Shown here one piece after another: positions 9,771-19,448 of a stretch of 52,238 bases of DNA. Made by a program: the position numbers and the translations under genes. The first letter of the stretch is position 1; every line of letters begins with the position of its first letter. Below the pieces are notes generated by a model. The model worked only from the letters and a program-made list of their open reading frames with translations, did not search any database and had not been told where the DNA came from. This DNA comes from Spirochaeta sp. LUC14_002_19_P3 (GTDB lineage Bacteria; Spirochaetota; Spirochaetia; DSM-2461), in NCBI GenBank assembly GCA_002084135.1, contig MUIB01000055.1, positions 1-52,238 of the forward strand, written 5' to 3'.

Positions 9771-11077
9771 AACAGCTCAGAATTCTTTCCTCCTGCCTCA
9801 TCTTGAATGCCGCAAATACGCACGGAAAACATTTCTCCGCGCACCTGCTGATATGGCCTGGAATTTGGCAGAAAAAAGCGCACCGGAACATAGTTTGCCG
9901 AGAGTCCCCGTGCCCTGCGCTTGCTCCCCTCCCCTTCTACCTGCTCTGCCAGAACATCCTGTACGGTGCCAATCAGCGATTTCCGAAACTGCCGCCTGGA
10001 GCGTACCGATATGCCGCGGATAATTTCACTCCACTCTTTTTTTAATGACTCGGAAACCTGGCCATCCATGCTGTCGGCACGGGTGCCGCTGCGGCGGGAA
10101 TAGGGAAAAGTATGAATATGGCCGAATTTCAGCCGTTCGCACATTGCCGCTGTTTCGCTGAATTCCCGTTCTGTTTCTCCAGGAAATCCGACAATAATAT
10201 CGGTTGTTAGATTAAACTGCCTGGTACGGCGACGAATTTCCAGCACACAGGATTCATATTGAGCTGCCGTATACTGCCGCCGCATGGCCAATAATATGCG
10301 TTCCGAACCGGACTGAAGGCAGAGATGAAGGTGCGGGGTCATTTTGGGATGGCTCATTAAATCGATGAGTCCTTCATCCAGCCTGTCCGGCTCAAGGGAA
10401 CCCAGGCGCAGCCTGAAATGGCCTTCAGCGTTCAGGCAGGAATCGAGAAGACTGGTAAAGCCCCGTCCCTCCTCCTGCCAGCGGCTCATGTTTACTCCGG
10501 TAAGAACTATCTCCCGGTAACCAGATGCCGCGGCATCCTCCACCGCCCGGACGCAATCCGCCATGGGCCTGCTGACAGCACGGCCGCGGACAAAGGGAAT
10601 AATGCAGAAGGAACATCCGTTATTGCAGCCGTCCTGCACCTTCACCATGGCGCGGGTACGAAACACTGGTTGGCTAAGCGGGTAGCCGAATGGGTCGCGG
10701 TGCTGTTCCAGATGCCCCGGCATTAGCTCCCCTTTGAAATGGGCATCCACCAGCTGGGGAATGTAGCTCTTGTGGGCATTGCCTATAACATAGGTGCGGC
10801 CATCGGCCTCCAGAGCATCCCGGTGCCCATCGGCATAGCAACCTGTTATAAGCACCAGGGTTTTATCGGTAATGCGCAACGCCCTATTCATGGCCGAACG
10901 GCTCTTGCGATCTGCGGCATTGGTAACCGTACAGCCGTTCACGACAACCGCATCCACCGGCCTGCCGAATTCGGCAATTTCCCAGCCCAGCGCCTTAAAG
11001 CCGCCAGCGATGGCCTCCGTTTCAGCCTGATTGAGCCTGCAACCCAGAGTCTTGAAACTCACGCACCTGGAGGGCAT
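9740..11077 (-). CDS. mtaB: tRNA t6A37 methylthiotransferase MtaB
   Basis: TLGCRLNQAE, NGCTVTNAADRKSR, radical-SAM motif KVQDGCNNGCSFCIIP, and HLCLQSGS. Confidence 0.9.
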   Translation of the reverse strand: MPSRCVSFKTLGCRLNQAETEAIAGGFKALGWEIAEFGRPVDAVVVNGCTVTNAADRKSRSAMNRALRITDKTLVLITGCYADGHRDALEADGRTYVIGNAHKSYIPQLVDAHFKGELMPGHLEQHRDPFGYPLSQPVFRTRAMVKVQDGCNNGCSFCIIPFVRGRAVSRPMADCVRAVEDAAASGYREIVLTGVNMSRWQEEGRGFTSLLDSCLNAEGHFRLRLGSLEPDRLDEGLIDLMSHPKMTPHLHLCLQSGSERILLAMRRQYTAAQYESCVLEIRRRTRQFNLTTDIIVGFPGETEREFSETAAMCERLKFGHIHTFPYSRRSGTRADSMDGQVSESLKKEWSEIIRGISVRSRRQFRKSLIGTVQDVLAEQVEGEGSKRRARGLSANYVPVRFFLPNSRPYQQVRGEMFSVRICGIQDEAGGKNSELFGEVWNHGRT

Positions 11078-12444
11078 CAGTTCTCCGTTCCGCCTGGCAC
11101 TTCGCCTTCCATACTCAAAGGACGGACAGAGCTAATGCGAACCTGAATGAATTCACCGATTGCCGCGCTGCCAGCCTTAAGACGGATTGGAATGCGTCCC
11201 TCGGTATAGCCGGAAAGATAGCCGCTTCTGCGGTCTGCCCCCGTAAGCAAAACCCGCACAAGCGTTCCCACCTGGGCCTGCCGCTTCGGTTCCGCGCATT
11301 GAATCAATGCTTCACTGAGAATTCGATAGCGCCGTTCCTTCTCCTGTCGGCTCACATCATCCTCCCAGCGGGCACTGCGGGCACCGGGGCGAGGGCTGTA
11401 TTGGGCAATATAGGCCATGTCAAACTGAAATTCCCGCATGGCCTGTACTGTTTTTTCAAACTGATCTTCGCTCTCGCCGCTGAAGCCAGCGATAATGTCT
11501 GTAAAAAGGGTGGCACGGGGCAGAATACGGCGAATGTCTTCCACGGCCCCGCGGTAACGGGCCATGGAATGATTCCTGTTCATCCGCCGCAACACCTCAT
11601 CATCCCCGGACTGCAAGGGAAGGTGCACCCAATCGGCCAGCACCGGATAAGAGGACATAACTTCCAGAAGCTCGCGGGAAATATCACGGGGATGAGGCGA
11701 TGTGAAGTAAGTCCAGAAGGGCTTTCCGCTACGGCGGCCAATTTCACCTACTTCCCGCATAAGCTGAGCGAAGGAGAGTTCTCTGCCCGGCTTGTCCCGT
11801 CCATACGAATTAACATTCTGTCCCAGTAAGGTAATGGCCTTAAAATTCTGGTTTACCAGCCCCTCCACCTCGGCCAGAATATCCCCCGAAGCCCGCGACA
11901 CCTCTCGGCCCCGGGTGTAGGGCACGGCACAGAATGAACAGAACTTGTCGCAGCCGTTCTGGATGGGCACATAAGCTTCGATTCGGGAACTGTACTGGGG
12001 TTTGAGTTGCCAAAAATCTTCGATAAAAGAGTTCTCAGCCTCTGAATTGGAATAAAAGCGCATGCTTTCCACACCAAGCTCTCTGAGTGCCGGTATCGGC
12101 ACCCCGTACTGCCGAATCATATCCGGAAGCTGGGGCAACTGTTCTATGGGAAAAACCAAATCGAACATTTTAAGAAAATTCGCCTTATCCGCTGGCAGCA
12201 TACAACCGGTGATAAAAGTTATAAGAGGCTTTTCATTTTTCTCTTTATTCCATTTGTGAATCTTGCCGTAAACCCTGTCTATAGCCTTTTGCCGCACAGA
12301 ACAGGCCGCTATACCCTTAATAAGCACATCGTCCGCGCTCTCATCGCCGGATTCGGTATAGCCCATACTGTTGAGAATGGTTTTAACCCTTTCGGTGTCT
12401 GAACGGTTCATCTGACAGCCGTAAGGAACAATATGATACTTCAT
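11077..12444 (-). CDS. miaB: tRNA i6A37 methylthiotransferase MiaB
   Basis: YGCQMNRSD, GCDKFCSFCAVPYTRGRE, LLGQNVNSYG, FTSPHP, HLPLQSG and a C-terminal TRAM domain. Confidence 0.92.
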   Translation of the reverse strand: MKYHIVPYGCQMNRSDTERVKTILNSMGYTESGDESADDVLIKGIAACSVRQKAIDRVYGKIHKWNKEKNEKPLITFITGCMLPADKANFLKMFDLVFPIEQLPQLPDMIRQYGVPIPALRELGVESMRFYSNSEAENSFIEDFWQLKPQYSSRIEAYVPIQNGCDKFCSFCAVPYTRGREVSRASGDILAEVEGLVNQNFKAITLLGQNVNSYGRDKPGRELSFAQLMREVGEIGRRSGKPFWTYFTSPHPRDISRELLEVMSSYPVLADWVHLPLQSGDDEVLRRMNRNHSMARYRGAVEDIRRILPRATLFTDIIAGFSGESEDQFEKTVQAMREFQFDMAYIAQYSPRPGARSARWEDDVSRQEKERRYRILSEALIQCAEPKRQAQVGTLVRVLLTGADRRSGYLSGYTEGRIPIRLKAGSAAIGEFIQVRISSVRPLSMEGEVPGGTEN

Positions 12445-12454
12445 CTTCTACAGA

Positions 12455-13105
12455 CTAATAATATACTTCAACCAGAATTCTGTCGGTATCAAACTTCTGT
12501 TCGCCAAGAATCTCATAGACATCGTAAATCATGGCAGAGCTTCCGCAAAGATAAACCATGGCATTATGAGGAATAGGATTGTTACGGAGCCAGTCGCTTA
12601 CCCCGTCATGGCAGCTCCCGCCTTCCTCCCGGCTTATACAGCTTAGCAGCCGGTTCTTGTCATACTTCTCATACTCATAGCATTCGGAAACCGTACAAAC
12701 GCCATGAATCAGCTTGTAATTCAAGTTGGGATAAGACTGGACAAAGCAATGAAAAGGAGTGATGCCTGTGCCAATGCCAAGAAAAAAAAGCGGTGAGTCA
12801 AGTGCCGTACTATCCAGCTGAAACAAACCAAAAGGCCCCTCAATACTCACTTCTTCTCCCGCCTTTAACTGGCATAATCGTTGAGAAATATTACCAGAAG
12901 GAGCTGACCTTATCAGAACTTCAAGATAGTCTTCGCGGGGAGAGGAATACACCGTGTATTCCCGCTTCTCGGTGCCGGGCAGCGTACCGATATGAATATA
13001 CTGTCCCGGTTCAAAATCCAAATTCCCCCGCTCAAAACGCAGAACATAAGCATCAGAGTTTATTGCTCTTAGGCCAAGAACCCGATGTTTCTGACTATTT
13101 ACCAT
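12455..13105 (-). CDS. Ferredoxin-NADP+ reductase-like FAD/NAD(P)-binding oxidoreductase
   Basis: FEPGQYI, REYTVYS, GPFG, GIGTGITPF, YLCGSSAMI and terminal EVYY. Start moved to MVNSQK (13105) because the ORF-track extension runs through a repeat. Confidence 0.88.
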   Translation of the reverse strand: MVNSQKHRVLGLRAINSDAYVLRFERGNLDFEPGQYIHIGTLPGTEKREYTVYSSPREDYLEVLIRSAPSGNISQRLCQLKAGEEVSIEGPFGLFQLDSTALDSPLFFLGIGTGITPFHCFVQSYPNLNYKLIHGVCTVSECYEYEKYDKNRLLSCISREEGGSCHDGVSDWLRNNPIPHNAMVYLCGSSAMIYDVYEILGEQKFDTDRILVEVYY

Positions 13106-13176
13106 ATTAACCCCAAGTTTTGCCAGGATGCCAAGATACTGTGTAAATTTACAGCAAGTAGATATTAGAATCAAGG

Positions 13177-13243
13177 GGACCACGGATGGACACGAATGGG
13201 GAGGAGTAACCGCGAAAGACGCGAAAGGCGCGAAATGGTTCAA
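13177..13243 (+). repeat. Short REP-like dispersed repeat, copy B (inverted relative to copy A)
   Basis: GGACCACGGATGGACACGAATGGGGAGGAGTAACCGCGAAAGACGCGAAAGGCGCGAAATGGTTCAA. Confidence 0.75.
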
Positions 13244-13400
13244 AAGTTTAGGTTGGATCCCCCCCCGCTAGCCTCCAGCCTGAAAAGGCTGAGGGTTCAG
13301 GCCGCCCTGTTTTGGCTTGAGGCGGCTCTCAAAGTCCCTCCCAGCACTCAAAAAGCATAAATTTCCAACTTTTTTAATAAATTTTTCCTAATTTTGAATT

Positions 13401-13429
13401 TTGAAGGGACTGGAGGGCTTCTATATAAT
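13401..13429 (+). promoter_or_regulatory. Sigma70-type promoter with no annotated gene downstream
   Basis: TTGAAG-17 nt-TATAAT preceded by an AT-rich UP-like tract. Confidence 0.55.
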
Positions 13430-13486
13430 AAGGAGTGCGTAATGAAAACCAATAAAAAAACACTGCCACAAGAAATATAACAAGCC

Positions 13487-13514
13487 AAAAAGGAATCGAC
13501 CACGATTCCTTTTT
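13487..13514. terminator. Bidirectional intrinsic terminator downstream of pheT
   Basis: AAAAAGGAATCG-acca-CGATTCCTTTTT. Confidence 0.8.
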
Positions 13515-13601
13515 CAAAAGCATTATCAAGGATTACGGCGATAAGTCCTTTAGAGGTGCCCTTGACTCCTTTCGGACGAAGAATACACACTTTCCCCGTT
13601 C

Positions 13602-16061
13602 TTAGCGCAGCGGATAGCCCGCTTTTTTCAAACCTTCGATAATTTTCTGTTCGGCTTCATGGATGAATTCCGGGGAAAGAGTTTTTTCTTCATCGCGGAA
13701 GTCTATCTGCAAGGATACGGCTTTGCCTTTTTCGCCCATATCAAAAATGCCGAGAACGCCTGCTGAGCGCATTTCCTTTATTTTCAGTTTGCGGACGGCT
13801 TCAATGGCATCGGCGGTGTAGGCTGTAGCTGGCATCATTATGGTTACTTCAAAGGAGGCTCCGGGATAGCGGTTGAGGGGGCGGAAGATATGTTTACGGG
13901 GCATAGCTGTGGCCATAAGATCGGTAAAATCGAGGATGGCGAGAGTGCTGCGGCCTTTGAGTTTGAATGCCTGGGCTATTTGGGGGTGGATTGACACGAT
14001 GGCACCCAGCACTTTGCCTGCGCTCTGAACGCTAAGGTATTCATGGGGGTGGCAACCGGGCCAGTCGGCGGGTATCAGGGGGTGGCTATCCTGAGGGCTG
14101 CTTTTTTGCAGTTGGGCGGATATGCCGAGAAAGCGGAGCATGTCTTCGATGAGGCTGGCCACTTCGAGAAATGGGTTTTCCTTTTCACAGTGGAACACGA
14201 TGCCCAGCTGGTGGAGGTCGCGGGAGTATTCTTCGGTTTTGAGGGGCTGGTAGGCGCGGCCATATTCAAAGATGCGGAAGGCCTTGTGTTCTTTGCGGTT
14301 TTCTCCGGCAGCGGCAAGAAGGCTGGGGATGAGGCTGGGGCGCATTCGCTCATGTTCAGGGCTAAGGGCGTTCGCGAGGGTGAGCTGCTCATTGAGAACC
14401 GGCCATTTTGCCTTTGAGAGCAGGGATGCTCCGATAAGGGGATAGGTAAAGACTTCCAGGGCACGTCCCCGCAGCACCATGAAGTCGCAGGCCCGGCGGA
14501 AGAGTGTTTTGCCGGGGGAAAGACGGATGGGCAGTATGCCGTGAATGGGGCTTAGCGGAACAATCTTGTCGTAGCCGATGATTCGGCCCAGTTCTTCGGC
14601 AATGTCGGCTTCGCATTCGATGTCTTTGGTGGACCGCCAGGTGGGAACATGAATTTTGTGGGTAAAGCTGCGTTCGCTCGTGCCGGGTTGGTTTATCGGC
14701 TCCACGCGGAAGCCCAGGGATTCGAGTATGGTTTTCATGCCTTTTATGTCGATGGGTTCACCGAGAATGCGCGATAGCCGCACAGGGCTGGTTTGGATAA
14801 TGATGTCCTGGGGAGCGGGCATGTTGTCCGCCTGAATGCCGCCAACGGCTTTTACGCCGGGGCAGAGCTGGAGGAAGAGCTCGTATATGCGCAGCAGGCA
14901 GGTTTCCAGCCGCTGGCTGTCGAGGCTCTTTTCGTAGCGCAGGGAGGCATCGGTGCGCAGGGACAGGCGGGTGCTTGTGCCGCGGACTTCGGCATCGGTC
15001 CAGTTGGCAACTTCTACCATAATCTGGGTGGTATGTTCGGTAACGGAGCTTTCCAAGCCGCCCATGATGCCGGCGATGGCCGATTCTCGTTCGCTGTCGC
15101 AGACCATGGTGTCGGTGGGAATGATTTTTCTGGTTTGACCGTCGAGGGTGGTGAAGTTCATGGCTTTTCCGGCGCGACGCACGACAATTTTGCCGCCGCG
15201 GATGGTGCTGCGGTCGAAAATATGGTTGGGTATGCCGGTTTCCAGCATGGCATAGTTGGAGATGTCGACGATGGTGTTGATGGGCCGCATTCCGGCGGCT
15301 TCAAGACGGCGCTGCATCCATGGGGGGCTTGTGGACACTTGTACCTTATCGAGAGAGAGGCCGAGGAAGCCGCGGTTGGCGGAATCCTTATCGACATGGA
15401 TGCTTACCGGTGCCTTGCCGCCGTCGGCGGCTATTTTTGCCTTGAGGCTCTCTGCCCAGGCTGTATTGAATTTATCCTTGAAGGGGGAAGCAAAGACGGC
15501 GGCAAATTCCCGGGCCAGGCCGTAATGGCCCCAACAGTCTGGTCTGTGAGTTAGGGATTTGTTGTCGATGTCGAGGATGAGGTCTTCGGCGGCTTTGGGG
15601 CCGAGGATTTGGGAAAGGGGTGCTCCGGGCGGGGCATCGGGAGGGAGTTCCATTATGCCTTCATGGTTTTCTGAGAGTCCCAGTTCGTCCTCGGCGCAGA
15701 GCATGCCCTCAGAGAGTATGCCCCGGATTTTTTTTGCTTCGAGGGTGAAGCCCGCAGGAAGTGTGGTGCCCGTCGCCGCGTAGGGGGCTTTTATACCGGC
15801 CCGGCAGTTGGGGGCACCGCATACCACTTTGGCACTTTTTCCTCCGCCAAGGTTTACGCTGGCCAGTTGGAGCTTGTCGGCATTGGGGTGAGGCTCCACG
15901 GCTGTTATTTCGGCGACGGTGGTTTGGGCAAAAATTTCCCCTGTGCGGACATGGCCTTCCACCTCACAGATTCCCAGGGTAACGCGTTCAGCGATTGCGC
16001 TGTCGCTCAGTCCCTTGGGGAGGTCTGCAAAATCTCCTATCCATTCTACGGATACTTTCAT
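13602..16061 (-). CDS. pheT: Phenylalanyl-tRNA synthetase beta subunit (full-length bacterial type)
   Basis: tRNA-binding OB domain (HPNADKL, VVCGAPN, SEGMLC), NKSLTHRPD, TDASLRYEKSLD and a C-terminal FDX-ACB domain. Confidence 0.96.
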   Translation of the reverse strand: MKVSVEWIGDFADLPKGLSDSAIAERVTLGICEVEGHVRTGEIFAQTTVAEITAVEPHPNADKLQLASVNLGGGKSAKVVCGAPNCRAGIKAPYAATGTTLPAGFTLEAKKIRGILSEGMLCAEDELGLSENHEGIMELPPDAPPGAPLSQILGPKAAEDLILDIDNKSLTHRPDCWGHYGLAREFAAVFASPFKDKFNTAWAESLKAKIAADGGKAPVSIHVDKDSANRGFLGLSLDKVQVSTSPPWMQRRLEAAGMRPINTIVDISNYAMLETGIPNHIFDRSTIRGGKIVVRRAGKAMNFTTLDGQTRKIIPTDTMVCDSERESAIAGIMGGLESSVTEHTTQIMVEVANWTDAEVRGTSTRLSLRTDASLRYEKSLDSQRLETCLLRIYELFLQLCPGVKAVGGIQADNMPAPQDIIIQTSPVRLSRILGEPIDIKGMKTILESLGFRVEPINQPGTSERSFTHKIHVPTWRSTKDIECEADIAEELGRIIGYDKIVPLSPIHGILPIRLSPGKTLFRRACDFMVLRGRALEVFTYPLIGASLLSKAKWPVLNEQLTLANALSPEHERMRPSLIPSLLAAAGENRKEHKAFRIFEYGRAYQPLKTEEYSRDLHQLGIVFHCEKENPFLEVASLIEDMLRFLGISAQLQKSSPQDSHPLIPADWPGCHPHEYLSVQSAGKVLGAIVSIHPQIAQAFKLKGRSTLAILDFTDLMATAMPRKHIFRPLNRYPGASFEVTIMMPATAYTADAIEAVRKLKIKEMRSAGVLGIFDMGEKGKAVSLQIDFRDEEKTLSPEFIHEAEQKIIEGLKKAGYPLR

Positions 16062-16073
16062 TTTATCTTCCTT

Positions 16074-17117
16074 TCAACATGATGCAAACTGGCGGCTGAA
16101 GTCTAAATTGCCGCTGTGTATGAGGCGTATGTCGTCGATGCCATAACGCATCATAACCAGGCGGTCGAGGCCGAGTCCGAAGGCGAAGCCGGTGTACTCT
16201 TCGGGGTCTATGCCGCCGTATCGGAGTACGTTGGGGTGGGTCATTCCGCAGGGGAGCAGTTCCACCCAGCCGGTTTGTTTGCAAACGCTGCACCCTTTGC
16301 CGGAGCAGATAAGGCAGTTAATGTCGAGTTCAAAGCCGGGTTCCACGAAGGGGAAAAAGCCTGGACGCAGGCGTATTTCCACTTCACGCTGAAATATTTC
16401 GCTGAGCAGGGTTTTTTCAAAGTAGATAAGGTGGGCTACGGAGATGTCTTTGCCAACGAGCATGCCTTCCATCTGATGGAATACGGCTTCGTGGGAGGCA
16501 TCGGTGGTTTCGCAGCGGAATACTTTGCCGGGGGCAACGAAGCGGAAGGGCGGGGTTTTATGCTCCATGCCGCGGATTTGAATGGTAGAGGTGTGGGTGC
16601 GCAGAAGGTGCTTCATGTCCTTGAACCAGAAGGTGTCCTGCATGTCGCGGGCGGGGTGGCTTTCGGGTATGTTCAGGGCGGTAAAGTTGTACCAGTCGGT
16701 TTCGATGTGGGGGCCGTCGAGAATGTCGAAGCCCATGGAGAGGAAGATGTCTTCCAGTTCCCGCTGAACGATGCTAAGGGGATGCTGCCCGGATTCCTTC
16801 ACCGATTCGGCCATGAGGGAGCGGCGCAGGGTTATGTCGGTCCAGTCGGCGGCCAGTTTGGCATCCGTTATTTTCCGATCCAGGATAAGTTTGGCTTCTT
16901 CGAGTCTGGCTGTAAGCCTGTCTTTAAGCTCGTTGGCCGCCTGTCCGAGTTTTTTACGCTCTTCCATGGAGGCATTGCTGAGCGTTTTCAGTATGGCGCT
17001 GAGTTCGCCTTTTTTTCCGAGAAAGCGGGCTTTCAGATCGGCAAGTTTGGCTTCGCTGTCGATGTTTTTGAGCGCCTGCCTGAAACTTTCTTCCAGATTT
17101 TTTAGTTTTTCAAGCAT
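16074..17117 (-). CDS. pheS: Phenylalanyl-tRNA synthetase alpha subunit (bacterial type)
   Basis: HPARDMQDTF, LLRTHTS, FHQMEG, RPGFFPFVEP, CxxCxxxxCxxC insert and GFAFGLGLDRL. Confidence 0.97.
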   Translation of the reverse strand: MLEKLKNLEESFRQALKNIDSEAKLADLKARFLGKKGELSAILKTLSNASMEERKKLGQAANELKDRLTARLEEAKLILDRKITDAKLAADWTDITLRRSLMAESVKESGQHPLSIVQRELEDIFLSMGFDILDGPHIETDWYNFTALNIPESHPARDMQDTFWFKDMKHLLRTHTSTIQIRGMEHKTPPFRFVAPGKVFRCETTDASHEAVFHQMEGMLVGKDISVAHLIYFEKTLLSEIFQREVEIRLRPGFFPFVEPGFELDINCLICSGKGCSVCKQTGWVELLPCGMTHPNVLRYGGIDPEEYTGFAFGLGLDRLVMMRYGIDDIRLIHSGNLDFSRQFASC

Positions 17118-17160
17118 GGTGATCCTCTACGGGGTTCTTTTTGTGTTTGCTGTGTGCTTG

Positions 17161-17189
17161 AGGATATGGGTTTTTCCGGGGGATGTCAA
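17161..17189 (-). promoter_or_regulatory. Sigma70-type promoter of pheST
   Basis: TTGACA-17 nt-TATCCT on the minus strand. Confidence 0.65.
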
Positions 17190-17423
17190 GTAGGGTTTTT
17201 AGCCACTGATGAGTAGGGAAGGGCCGCGACCGTTTTCTTGTTTTGGGTTATGGGTTATTTTTCTCTTGGGGGCATGGGAGCCGCTCAAGCACACATCAGG
17301 CCACCATATTTCTTAAGGCAAAGGCATGAACCTCGCCGCGCCAGAGGCTAGTTTCCAAAAAATCAGTTTATCCGGCATATCTTTCGATATTGAAACTTCC
17401 AGGCAATAATGCAATACTATAAA

Positions 17424-17451
17424 GGGCACCTCTAAAAGGGAATCTCTAAAA
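17424..17451 (+). repeat. Tandem solo MITE termini upstream of fucI
   Basis: GGGCACCTCTAAAA followed by GGGAATCTCTAAAA, with a further GGGCAC at 17464. Confidence 0.65.
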
Positions 17452-17490
17452 GTTATTTCCAAAGGGCACAAAATATTCAGGAGGATAAAT

Positions 17491-19287
17491 ATGCAGGAAG
17501 CAAAAATCGGGAACTGGCGCTATGCCGATGAGAAGCCGAAGATCGGTATCCGGCCCGCCATCGACGGCAGGCTCGGCGGTGTACGGGAGAGTCTGGAAGC
17601 GCGTACCATGGACATGGCGCGGGCCGCCGCCAGGCTTATCAGTGAGAATCTCAAATACATTGATGGTACTCCGGTACAGTGCGTTATTGCCGATACCTGT
17701 ATTGGCGGTGTCCGCGAGGCCGCCGCGGCAAGGGCAAAATTTGAAGCCGACAGCGTTGGAGCATCCTTAACCGTAACTCCGTGCTGGTGCTACGGCAGCG
17801 AAACCATGGACACCACAGCCCTTATACCCAAAGCGGTTTGGGGCTTTAACGGCACCGAAAGACCAGGGGCCGTTTACTTGGCCGCGGTACTGTCCGCCCA
17901 TGCCCAGAAGGGCCTGCCCGCCTTCGGTATCTACGGGCGGCATGTTCAGGATTCCAGCGACACCAGCATTCCCGGCGATGTAAAGGAAAAAATTCTGCGC
18001 TTTGCCCGGGCCGCCGTTGCCGCCGCCTGTATGCGCGGCAAGAGCTACCTGTCCATTGGATCGGTATCCATGGGCATTGCCGGCTGCATTATAGACGAGT
18101 CCTTTTTCCGCAACTATCTAGACATGCGCAATGAATACGTTGACATGAGTGAAGTTGCCCGGCGGATTAAGGATTCCATTTACGACGAGGCGGAATACGA
18201 ACGAGCGAAAAGCTGGGTAAAGGAAAATCTAAAAATCGGCAGGGATCCCAACCCCGCCGACGAGCAGCATGACGAAGCCCAAAAGCAGGCCGAATGGGAC
18301 GAATCCATCAAAATGACTCTGATAGTCCGCGACCTGATGGAAGGCAATCCCCGCCTGGCCGAAAAGGGACTTGGCGAAGAAGCCCTCGGCCATAATGCCA
18401 TAGCCGCCGGATTCCAGGGGCAGCGCCAATGGACCGACTGGCGGGCCAACGGCGATTTTATGGAAACAATGCTGAACAGTTCCTTCGACTGGAACGGCAT
18501 CCGGGCCCCCTACATTATGGCCACCGAAAACGATTCCCTGAACGGCATATCCATGCTCTTCGGACACCTGCTTACCAACACCGCCCAGCTCTTCAGCGAT
18601 GTCCGCACCTACTGGAGCCCCGAAGCCGTAAAGCGCGTTACCGGCCATGAACTCTCCGGCCCTGCCGCCGGAGGTATAATTCACCTTATTAACTCGGGCT
18701 CCACCTGCCTGGACGGCACCGGCGAAATAACCCAAAACGGCAAACCAGCCATGAAACCCTTCTGGGAACTAACTCCCGCCGAAGCGCAAGCCTGCATGGA
18801 TGCGACCCGCTTCTGCCCCGCCGACCTCGGCTACTTCCGCGGCGGCGGATTTTCCACCGATTTCCTTACCCGCGGCGGCATGCCCTGTACCATGAGCCGG
18901 ATAAACCTCATCGCCGGCATGGGCCCCGTACTCCAGATAGCCGAAGGCTGGACCGTAGACCTCCCCCAAAAAGTGCACGACACCCTGGATGAACGCACCA
19001 ACCCCACCTGGCCTACCACCTGGTTTGCCCCCCGCCTCACCAGCAGCGGCAATTTCCAGGACGTTTATGGAGTTATGGCAGCCTGGGGGGCCAACCACGG
19101 TGCCATAAGCTGCGGCCACATCGGAGCCGACCTTATAACCCTGGCCTCCATCCTCCGCATCCCGGTATCCATGCACAACCTGGCCCAAGAGCATGTCTTC
19201 CGCCCGGCTGTATGGAACCACTTCGGTATGAACAGTGAAGGAGCCGACTACCGGGCCTGCGCCAACTTCGGCCCGCTTTACCGCTAA
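17491..19287 (+). CDS. fucI: L-fucose isomerase
   Basis: [42 protein letters not shown] and WGANHGA motifs; RBS AGGAGG. Confidence 0.97.
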   Translation: MQEAKIGNWRYADEKPKIGIRPAIDGRLGGVRESLEARTMDMARAAARLISENLKYIDGTPVQCVIADTCIGGVREAAAARAKFEADSVGASLTVTPCWCYGSETMDTTALIPKAVWGFNGTERPGAVYLAAVLSAHAQKGLPAFGIYGRHVQDSSDTSIPGDVKEKILRFARAAVAAACMRGKSYLSIGSVSMGIAGCIIDESFFRNYLDMRNEYVDMSEVARRIKDSIYDEAEYERAKSWVKENLKIGRDPNPADEQHDEAQKQAEWDESIKMTLIVRDLMEGNPRLAEKGLGEEALGHNAIAAGFQGQRQWTDWRANGDFMETMLNSSFDWNGIRAPYIMATENDSLNGISMLFGHLLTNTAQLFSDVRTYWSPEAVKRVTGHELSGPAAGGIIHLINSGSTCLDGTGEITQNGKPAMKPFWELTPAEAQACMDATRFCPADLGYFRGGGFSTDFLTRGGMPCTMSRINLIAGMGPVLQIAEGWTVDLPQKVHDTLDERTNPTWPTTWFAPRLTSSGNFQDVYGVMAAWGANHGAISCGHIGADLITLASILRIPVSMHNLAQEHVFRPAVWNHFGMNSEGADYRACANFGPLYR

Positions 19288-19289
19288 AA

Positions 19290-19439
19290 GGGCACCTCTA
19301 AAAAACCCACTGAGTTCTTGACTCGAACTTTTCCGCCGCTCTTAAGGTATCAAAAATGCTCACGTAGCTTAAGCTGGCTTAAGCTTTTGCCGCCCGACAA
19401 AAAATTTCTTCGTCAATAAGCTGTTTTTTAGAGGTACCC
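19290..19439 (+). mobile_element. MITE-like hairpin element, copy 2
   Basis: GGGCACCTCTAAAAAAC...GTTTTTTAGAGGTACCC, between the converging fucI and MFS genes. Confidence 0.85.
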
Positions 19440-19448
19440 TCAAGGAAT

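Noticed and set aside
16116..17105. 329-aa plus-strand ORF
   Set aside because: Antisense shadow of pheS produced by its codon bias; no independent motifs.
17206..17260. CTGATGAG as a hammerhead ribozyme core
   Set aside because: No correctly placed GAAA and no supporting stems found.
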